Positions 1 to 7,935 of a stretch of DNA of 9,298 nucleotides are shown in pieces. The stretch covers positions 1 to 9,298 of the forward strand of contig CAYWGS010000059.1 in assembly GCA_964457525.1 (NCBI GenBank). Direction: 5' to 3'. Position numbers and translations under genes: made by a program. Under the pieces are notes generated by a model. The model did no database searches, was not told where the DNA came from, and saw nothing but the letters and a program-made list of their open reading frames with translations. This DNA is from an uncultured Erysipelotrichaceae bacterium. GTDB lineage: Bacteria; Bacillota_I; Bacilli_A; Erysipelotrichales; Erysipelotrichaceae. The stretch's first letter is position 1. Every line of letters begins with the position of its first letter.

Positions 1-783
1 CTAATTCTATGTGCTATACTTTCAGTAATTGGACTTGGACTCGCCATACCATTTGACTTGAGTTTCTCACAAACCATCTATGATCAAAGTAATTTCTTAG
101 GCCTTTTTGGTGAAGCTTTTGGTGAGTTACCAGGCATCCTCGTGGGTGTCTTTGGTTGTGCTGCCTTGTTACTAACGTATAAAAAAGATTCAAAATATTC
201 AAAAATCAGTTCATTTATTTTTGGCAGTATCTTTCTTATCTTACTCTCAATCATGGCCGCATTCTTACCAAGTCATTACATCGAAATGCCTACAGTTGTA
301 GTTGTCATTGTTGCACTTGTTTATGCCGCATTAGCCTTATTTATCGTCAAGAAAACACCTGAATCTAAGTACCCATTACTCAGAAGATTAGCTTGGGTTG
401 CGGTATTAACCTTATTGACTGAAACACTTATGATCAACTTAGTTAAGTTTGGTTGGAGTCGGATACGTTTCCGTGATTTGGTGGATAATACAGAACTCTT
501 TACCGCATGGTTTATTCCAAATGGATTTAGTTGGAATACGGATCATATGTCATTCCCATCAGGACATGTAGGTAATGCGAGTGTTATCTTGTTTATCACT
601 TTATTACCAAGTGTATATCTTAAATTAAGTAAATATCAGAATGCATTGTTAATGGGTAGCTTTGTATGGATCGTATTAATTGCGATAAGTCGCGCACATT
701 TCATATCAGATACGATTGTTGGAATGTGGGTCACTATCATCAGTTTAATCGTTTATCAAAAACGATTTAAAATAGAACAATAG
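1..783 (+). CDS. PAP2-superfamily membrane (lipid/undecaprenyl-type) phosphatase, 5'-truncated by the window edge
   Basis: Frame 1 is open from nt 1 (LILCAILSVIGLGLAIPFDL...) with no stop before the TTG at 58, so the gene probably starts upstream of the window. It encodes a multi-helix hydrophobic protein with PAP2 motifs: C1-like KFGWSRIRF (445-471), C2 PSGH (556-567) and C3-like SRAHFISD (688-711). The stop is TAG at 781-783. Confidence 0.8.
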   Translation, partial: LILCAILSVIGLGLAIPFDLSFSQTIYDQSNFLGLFGEAFGELPGILVGVFGCAALLLTYKKDSKYSKISSFIFGSIFLILLSIMAAFLPSHYIEMPTVVVVIVALVYAALALFIVKKTPESKYPLLRRLAWVAVLTLLTETLMINLVKFGWSRIRFRDLVDNTELFTAWFIPNGFSWNTDHMSFPSGHVGNASVILFITLLPSVYLKLSKYQNALLMGSFVWIVLIAISRAHFISDTIVGMWVTIISLIVYQKRFKIEQ

Positions 784-794
784 AAAGGCAAAGT

Positions 795-3345
<2,551 letters not shown>

Positions 3346-3350
3346 GAAAT

Positions 3351-3378
3351 AATGGAATAGTTCAACTATTCCATTTTC
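3351..3378 (+). terminator. Rho-independent terminator closing the PAP2-DUF871-GH1 unit
   Basis: A perfect 10-bp stem AATGGAATAG (3351-3360) / CTATTCCATT (3366-3375) with loop TTCAA, followed by a short T run (TTTT at 3374-3377, partly inside the stem). It begins 6 nt after the GH1 stop. Confidence 0.65.
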
Positions 3379-3409
3379 ATAAAATAGTGTACAAAACTTA
3401 TTTAAAGCA

Positions 3410-3418
3410 TGATAGAAT
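3410..3418 (+). promoter_or_regulatory. Candidate extended -10 promoter for the permuted papain-like gene
   Basis: TGATAGAAT is TGn followed by TAGAAT (3413-3418). The only -35-like element is weak: TGTACA at 3388-3393 with 19-nt spacing. The implied TSS near 3425 lies downstream of the GTG at 3421, which supports the ATG at 3445 as the start. Confidence 0.35.
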
Positions 3419-3444
3419 AAGTGCAAGTTTTTAAGGATACCTCC

Positions 3445-4029
3445 ATGATTCAAACTGAAACAAAACCCATTTATATTTTACTCACCAATACGGGTAGTCT
3501 CTTCTCAACAGCGATTGGTTTTTATACGAAACAACGTTTTAATCATGTGTCCATTTGTCTAAATGATGATTTCAAGGCAATCTATAGTTTTGGACGCAAA
3601 CATCCAAAGAATCCGATTGTCGGTGGTTTCGTCAATGAGATTGAAACACAGATTTATGATCATTTTGTTGGGACAAGTTGTATTGTATTAAAGAAAGAAG
3701 TAAGTTTAGAAAAGCATGCTCGAATTCATGAATCCATAAAACGTTTTGAAACAGATAAGTATATCTATGGATATAATCTAATCGGCTTTGCTGGGTTTAT
3801 TGTTAATATACCAATCAAGCGACAAAAGGCTTTCTTCTGTTCACAATTTGTTGGGGAAGTGCTTAAACAAGGTGGAGTTGACTTCACATCTAAGCCTTCT
3901 GAGTTGGTAAAACCTTCTGATTTCTTAGGTCATGATAAGTTTGTGCCTATTTATCAAGGGGATATCATTGATTTTTTATCCAATCCAAAAAAGCATTTAG
4001 ATTCAAATGAATTAGAATTCTATCTATAA
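3445..4029 (+). CDS. Circularly permuted papain-like / NlpC-P60 superfamily protein (YiiX/YaeF, peptidase C92-like), cytosolic
   Basis: The order of catalytic residues is permuted: a His-containing block FSTAIGFYTKQRFNHVSI precedes the Cys block AFFCSQFVGEVL, resembling the E. coli YiiX pattern (..YSHtG.. then ..YCSEVV..). No signal peptide is apparent. I prefer the ATG at 3445 (RBS AAGGA at 3433-3437, 7-nt spacer) over the ORF-track GTG at 3421. Confidence 0.6.
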   Translation: MIQTETKPIYILLTNTGSLFSTAIGFYTKQRFNHVSICLNDDFKAIYSFGRKHPKNPIVGGFVNEIETQIYDHFVGTSCIVLKKEVSLEKHARIHESIKRFETDKYIYGYNLIGFAGFIVNIPIKRQKAFFCSQFVGEVLKQGGVDFTSKPSELVKPSDFLGHDKFVPIYQGDIIDFLSNPKKHLDSNELEFYL

Positions 4030-4054
4030 TAAAGGTGCTATCAAGCACCTTTAT
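4029..4054. terminator. Bidirectional hairpin terminator shared by convergent genes
   Basis: A perfect 11-bp stem ATAAAGGTGCT (4029-4039) / AGCACCTTTAT (4044-4054) with loop ATCA. It overlaps the last base of the + strand stop (4027-4029) and the - strand stop (4051-4053). Confidence 0.7.
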
Positions 4055-4704
4055 AAATATATAAATGTTGCGATGAGAATTTGTGCTAAATGATATAAAA
4101 CTAAATAAGCAATCTTAAGATAGTTATTCTTTTTCTTGAGGAAGTATACATGAAATAAAGTTAAATCCGATAAGAAGAATAATATACATCCAATCATCAA
4201 GATAAAATTAAGTTCTGAAGAATATTCGGTAAAATAGAAAACTGAACTGAAGAACGTAGAACTTAATAAGAATAAATATACAATTAGGAAATAGGCTTTT
4301 GAAGGAAACTCAATCTTAGGGTTTCTTTTAATATAGAACCAAAATGCACCCATAAAGAGCAAAGCGAGTATGAAGGCAAAATAATTAAAGTGATAAAGTT
4401 GTAAATAAAGTAAGTAATACAATTGAGCAAGTGAGAATGCACTCACTCCAATAATAAATGCACTCTTAAAGTAATCTTTAAGCCCTAAGAAGACATCTCC
4501 TATAAATGATAGGATTAGTCCAATCACTAAGAGATATTTCATTAAACTAATATCACGTGTTAGAGCGGCATATATACCTAATCCAAGGAAGTGACTACAG
4601 GTTAGTATTTTTATAAGGAGTCGATATTTAGAATGATTTAAAAAGGTTACTCGAATAAGTAAGAATAGGAATACAAAATAACTAATTGTGAAAAGTTTAT
4701 CCAT
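4051..4704 (-). CDS. YhhN-family integral membrane protein (lysoplasmalogenase/TMEM86-like)
   Basis: 217 aa, very hydrophobic with about 8 predicted helices. It has the YhhN-type motifs IGDVFLG in the first half and FFLSDLTLF in the second half. Confidence 0.7.
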   Translation of the reverse strand: MDKLFTISYFVFLFLLIRVTFLNHSKYRLLIKILTCSHFLGLGIYAALTRDISLMKYLLVIGLILSFIGDVFLGLKDYFKSAFIIGVSAFSLAQLYYLLYLQLYHFNYFAFILALLFMGAFWFYIKRNPKIEFPSKAYFLIVYLFLLSSTFFSSVFYFTEYSSELNFILMIGCILFFLSDLTLFHVYFLKKKNNYLKIAYLVLYHLAQILIATFIYL

Positions 4705-4757
4705 CTATCTCTATTATAGAAGATAAATCGAATAAAAAAATAGCGATAGAATACTTT

Positions 4758-4766
4758 TGGTAAAAT
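4758..4766 (+). promoter_or_regulatory. Candidate extended -10 promoter for the M20D gene
   Basis: TGGTAAAAT is TGn followed by TAAAAT (4761-4766). I found no convincing -35. Competing -10-like hexamers at 4747-4752 (TAGAAT) and 4789-4794 (TATAAA) leave the true promoter unresolved. Confidence 0.25.
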
Positions 4767-4805
4767 TAACAAAAGCTTAGTGTTAAAATATAAAGTGAGA
4801 AAAAT

Positions 4806-5966
4806 ATGATAAAAGAACTCATTAATAAATATTATGAAGAAACGAGTTTACTAAGACAATCCATTCATCAAGAACCAGAATGTGCGTTTGAAGAATTCAA
4901 AACAGCAGAAAAGATTATGAAATTCTTAGATAAATATGGGATTGAATATCAATCAGGGATTGCGAAAACAGGCATTCTTGCGACAATCAAAGGAAGTAAA
5001 CCGGGTAAGACAGTCTTACTAAGAGCGGATATGGATGCTTTACCTATGAGTGAGAATCCAGACAATCCATTCGCATCAAAAATAGCGGGTAAAATGCATG
5101 CGTGTGGTCATGATGGACATACAGCTGGATTATGCATGAGTGCAGCTGTTTTAAATGAAATGAAGGATCAGTTGTGTGGTACGGTAAAATTTCTATTCCA
5201 ACCTGCAGAAGAGGCAGATGGTGGTGCTTATCCAATGATCAAAGCAGGTGCCCTACAAGGGGTTGATGGTGCATTCGGTGCGCATTTATGGGGATCTTTA
5301 CAAGAAGGCGTTGTTGCGATTAAATATGGCGCAATGATGGCTTCTCCTGATAACTTCAAGATTACAGTAAAAGGCTTAGGTGGACATGGATCAGCACCTC
5401 AATTAGCCATTGATCCAATCTTAATCGCATCACAGATTGTTGTGTCTTTACAAACGATTGTATCGAGAAAAGTTAGTCCACTTGAGTCTTGTGTTATTAC
5501 AGTGGGTAAGATTCATGGAGGTACAGCGCCTAATATTATTCCTGAGGAAGTGATTCTTGAGGGTACATTAAGAACACTTAACAATGATGTAAGAAGTGTT
5601 GTGCCTAATCAAATGAAGGAACTTGTTGAGACACTTGCGAAGAGTTATGGTGGAAGTGCTAAGTTTGAATACTTACCAGGATACCCTGTTTTAGTGAATG
5701 ATGATCGGATGACTGAAGTAACTCATAATGCTTTAAAAGGATTCTTAAAAGAAGAACAAATCAAAATTATAGAAAAACCAGATATGGGTGGAGAAGACTT
5801 TGCATATATTGCTCAGACTGTGCCTAGCAACTTTATGTATGTTGGAATTATGAAGGATAAGCCTATTTCACATCATCATCCAGACTTCCATTTTGATGAT
5901 GAGAATTTAAAATTATTATCTGAATCACTTGTACGAAGTGCGATCGCATTTTTAGAGAAAAATTAA
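4806..5966 (+). CDS. M20D-family metal-dependent amidohydrolase (N-acyl-L-amino acid amidohydrolase / hippurate hydrolase-like)
   Basis: 386 aa. It contains LRADMDALPM, the metal-ligand block MHACGHDGH, FQPAEEADGG, GAHLW and the C-terminal SHHHPDFHFDD. Together these form the Cys/His/Glu/His/His ligand pattern typical of the ILR1/YxeP-like M20D subfamily. Confidence 0.88.
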   Translation: MIKELINKYYEETSLLRQSIHQEPECAFEEFKTAEKIMKFLDKYGIEYQSGIAKTGILATIKGSKPGKTVLLRADMDALPMSENPDNPFASKIAGKMHACGHDGHTAGLCMSAAVLNEMKDQLCGTVKFLFQPAEEADGGAYPMIKAGALQGVDGAFGAHLWGSLQEGVVAIKYGAMMASPDNFKITVKGLGGHGSAPQLAIDPILIASQIVVSLQTIVSRKVSPLESCVITVGKIHGGTAPNIIPEEVILEGTLRTLNNDVRSVVPNQMKELVETLAKSYGGSAKFEYLPGYPVLVNDDRMTEVTHNALKGFLKEEQIKIIEKPDMGGEDFAYIAQTVPSNFMYVGIMKDKPISHHHPDFHFDDENLKLLSESLVRSAIAFLEKN

Positions 5967-5990
5967 CAGAAAATTAACATTAGTTGGGTT

Positions 5991-6017
5991 TTGTTAAAAT
6001 AATTTATCATTTATAAT
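5991..6017 (+). promoter_or_regulatory. Candidate sigma-A promoter for the Na/Pi cotransporter gene
   Basis: A perfect -10 TATAAT at 6012-6017. The -35-like TTGTTA at 5991-5996 has a suboptimal 15-nt spacer. The strong RBS AAGGAG (6031-6036) lies 5 nt from the ATG at 6042. I saw no clear terminator between this gene and the M20D gene, so co-transcription is also possible. Confidence 0.35.
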
Positions 6018-6041
6018 GGTAAGGCTATAAAAGGAGAACAT

Positions 6042-7736
6042 ATGATTCTAACCAGTACCGTTACGTTTATGGATATTGATTGGCAGGCGATCTTAGGTGG
6101 TCTCGGGCTATTCTTATTTGGCATTAAGTTTATGGGGGATGGATTAAAATCACTAGCAGGGGATAAGCTAAGAGATATCATTGACAAATATACTTCAAAA
6201 CCTTGGATGGGTTTAATCATTGGTATACTTGTGACGGTTTTTATTCAATCCTCATCTGCGACAACCGCTATTACCATTGGGTTTGTTCGTGCAGGATTAA
6301 TGCGATTAGATCAAACGGTTGGTATTATCTTTGGGGCTAACATTGGGACTACGATTACAGCGTTCCTCGTTGGTTTAAAAGTAGAAAAATATTCGTTATT
6401 CTTTATTTTTGTTGGGGCAATGATGTTGTTGTTCTCAAAACGTAAAAAACAAGGTTATATTGGTGAAATCACTTTAGGCTTTGGGATGTTATTCTATGGA
6501 TTAATGTTGATGGGTGATGCATTAAAAGTACTTAAAGACATTCAAGCATTCCATGATTTAACTATTGCGATGTCTGCACATCCTTGGTGGGCTGTTGGTG
6601 GTGGTATCATCATGACTGGGGTTATTCAATCTTCAAGTGCTATGATTGGTATTGTGCAGAAAATATATGAATCTGGTGGTATGCCATTTGCGGCTGCCTT
6701 ACCATTTGTGTTTGGATCAAATATTGGGACAACCATTACAGCTGCTTTAGCTGCGATGGGTGGATCACTTGCATCACGTCGTGCAGCAGGCATCCATACC
6801 TTATTTAATGTATTGATGACGATTATTGCGATGTTAATGTTGCCTTTATATCTGAGCTTATTTGCTTATTTAACAGGTCGATTTGGAATTGAACCTATGA
6901 TGCAAATTGCAGTTGCACATATTATCTTCAACTTAGTTGGTACCATATTATTCTATCCATTCATTAAACAAATGGTATGGATTATAAAGAAGACAATTCG
7001 TGGAGATGAAAAGGAACGTATTGATATCAATACTGAAGATTTCGATTCAGGATTAGCTCATGACTTGCCAACTGCTGCGTTGGGTGTTGCGAAACGTGCT
7101 ACATTAAAAATGGGTGAAATATCTACGGAAGTTATTGAAACTGCTAAACAGTATTTGAATAAAGAAAACAAAGTTAATTTAGATTCGATTTCTCAATTAG
7201 AAGATATCATTAATAACTTTGATACAAAGATTACAGACTACTTATTACTTATCTCAAAAGAAAAATTAAATGAAGATGATATTGAACAGAATTCAATTAA
7301 TCTACAGATTGTTAAGAACTTAGAACGAATTGGTGACTTAACCATGAATCTAGGAGAATTCTTTGACTTAGTTTACGATGCAAGGGAATCCTTCTCGCAA
7401 CAAGCATTAGACGAAATTAACAACATGTTTGATTTAGTTATTCACATGTTAAATCGTTCACTCAAGATTTATGAACACAATGACTTCTCTTTATTACAAT
7501 CTGTAAAAGAAGATGAAACATACTTAGACTTACTTGAAAGCAAAGCAAGAAACAATCACTTTGCACGTATGCGTAGTGATGAGTGTCCTACAACCATTGG
7601 CGGAAGCGTCTATGTTGATATTCTAGGAACACTTGAACGTATGGGTGACCATGCAGAAAATATTGCTCGTTCCGTATTTAACGTTCATACTCAACATGAA
7701 GCACGTCGTGCTGCGGAGATTGAGGAACAAAACTAA
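6042..7736 (+). CDS. Na+/phosphate cotransporter family protein with C-terminal PhoU-like domain
   Basis: 564 aa. It has two internally repeated Na_Pi_cotrans-type segments (QSSSATTAITIGF...GANIGTTITAF and QSSSAMIGIV...GSNIGTTITAA). The soluble C-terminus carries two PhoU-like repeats (NLERIGDLTMNLGE and TLERMGDHAENIAR). Confidence 0.9.
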   Translation: MILTSTVTFMDIDWQAILGGLGLFLFGIKFMGDGLKSLAGDKLRDIIDKYTSKPWMGLIIGILVTVFIQSSSATTAITIGFVRAGLMRLDQTVGIIFGANIGTTITAFLVGLKVEKYSLFFIFVGAMMLLFSKRKKQGYIGEITLGFGMLFYGLMLMGDALKVLKDIQAFHDLTIAMSAHPWWAVGGGIIMTGVIQSSSAMIGIVQKIYESGGMPFAAALPFVFGSNIGTTITAALAAMGGSLASRRAAGIHTLFNVLMTIIAMLMLPLYLSLFAYLTGRFGIEPMMQIAVAHIIFNLVGTILFYPFIKQMVWIIKKTIRGDEKERIDINTEDFDSGLAHDLPTAALGVAKRATLKMGEISTEVIETAKQYLNKENKVNLDSISQLEDIINNFDTKITDYLLLISKEKLNEDDIEQNSINLQIVKNLERIGDLTMNLGEFFDLVYDARESFSQQALDEINNMFDLVIHMLNRSLKIYEHNDFSLLQSVKEDETYLDLLESKARNNHFARMRSDECPTTIGGSVYVDILGTLERMGDHAENIARSVFNVHTQHEARRAAEIEEQN

Positions 7737-7738
7737 TC

Positions 7739-7761
7739 GTACCCGAAAGGGTACTTTTTTT
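7739..7761 (+). terminator. Rho-independent terminator of the Na/Pi-PhoU gene
   Basis: Stem GTACCC (7739-7744) / GGGTAC (7749-7754) with a GAAA tetraloop, followed by seven T (7755-7761). It starts 3 nt after the stop codon. Confidence 0.85.
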
Positions 7762-7770
7762 ATCGGTAAA

Positions 7771-7799
7771 TTGACTTGATATTTTGTATGTGTTATCGT
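7771..7799 (+). promoter_or_regulatory. Candidate sigma-A promoter driving the MATE leader
   Basis: -35 TTGACT (7771-7776), an exact 17-nt spacer, a TGn extension (7791-7793) and -10 TATCGT (7794-7799, which keeps the TAnnnT core). The predicted TSS is near 7806. Confidence 0.35.
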
Positions 7800-7808
7800 T
7801 TATTTGAC

Positions 7809-7828
7809 TTTTATCTGTTTAGATAAAA
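7809..7828. repeat. Perfect 8-4-8 inverted repeat (operator candidate or 5' RNA hairpin)
   Basis: TTTTATCT (7809-7816), spacer GTTT, AGATAAAA (7821-7828). It sits immediately downstream of the predicted TSS of the MATE leader. Confidence 0.5.
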
Positions 7829-7849
7829 AGGCGGTCGGAGGTACTTTTT

Positions 7850-7897
7850 TTGGTTATCAAAAAGAGTTCATCCGAAGCAATTGACCCATTCAAGTAA
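7850..7897 (+). CDS. Candidate 15-codon leader peptide (uORF), MVIKKSSSEAIDPFK
   Basis: GGAGG (7837-7841) is the only full GGAGG I noticed among the window's RBS and intergenic sequences read by eye. It lies 8 nt upstream of a TTG start (7850). The frame runs TTG GTT ATC AAA AAG AGT TCA TCC GAA GCA ATT GAC CCA TTC AAG TAA. The stop (7895-7897) overlaps the base of the downstream terminator stem. The ORF is too short for any coding statistics, so this remains a hypothesis. Confidence 0.3.
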   Translation: MVIKKSSSEAIDPFK

Positions 7898-7924
7898 GGC
7901 GCAACTTCGGTTGTGCCTTTTATT
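7896..7924 (+). terminator. Terminator/attenuator hairpin immediately upstream of the MATE RBS
   Basis: Stem AAGGCGCAAC (7896-7905) / GTTGTGCCTT (7910-7919) forms 10 bp including one G-U pair. It has a cUUCGg extra-stable tetraloop (7906-7909) and is followed by TTTTATT. The MATE RBS AAGAGG (7925-7930) and ATG (7936) follow directly. Confidence 0.7.
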
Positions 7925-7935
7925 AAGAGGTTCCT

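Noticed and set aside
58-60. TTG at 58 as the start of the first CDS (ORF-track call)
   Set aside because: The frame is open back to nt 1 and the upstream residues form a plausible transmembrane helix. No RBS precedes 58. I treat the gene as truncated by the window edge.
14-202. 62-aa ORF on the minus strand
   Set aside because: It lies entirely antisense to the PAP2 coding frame, has no RBS, and has a composition typical of a shadow ORF in an AT-rich gene.
3421-3444. GTG at 3421 as the start of the permuted papain-like CDS
   Set aside because: It has no SD upstream and lies just 2 nt downstream of the candidate -10 hexamer (3413-3418), upstream of the implied TSS near 3425. The ATG at 3445 has AAGGA at 7-nt spacing.
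4766-4794. TTAACA-17 nt-TATAAA promoter-like pair upstream of the M20D gene
   Set aside because: The spacing is good, but the implied TSS (near 4801) would remove the only SD-like element (AAGTGAG, 4793-4799). It is left unresolved rather than called.
5044-5235. 63-aa minus-strand ORF rich in His/Leu
   Set aside because: It is antisense to the metal-binding region of the M20D gene and is a shadow ORF.
6011-6220. 69-aa minus-strand ORF overlapping the promoter/RBS and 5' end of the Na/Pi transporter gene
   Set aside because: It is antisense to a strongly supported start region (TATAAT, AAGGAG, ATG), and I could find no RBS or promoter for it.
6240-6760. Internal sequence repeat (QSSSA...G(A/S)NIGTTITA occurring twice)
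   Set aside because: It is explained by the known internal duplication (inverted-topology repeat) of the Na/Pi cotransporter family, and is not a DNA repeat element.
7788-7826. ATG-initiated 12-codon ORF (MCYRLFDFYLFR) in the MATE upstream spacer
   Set aside because: It has no SD, it overlaps the predicted -10 element, and it starts upstream of the predicted TSS. The GGAGG-preceded TTG uORF at 7850 is the better candidate.
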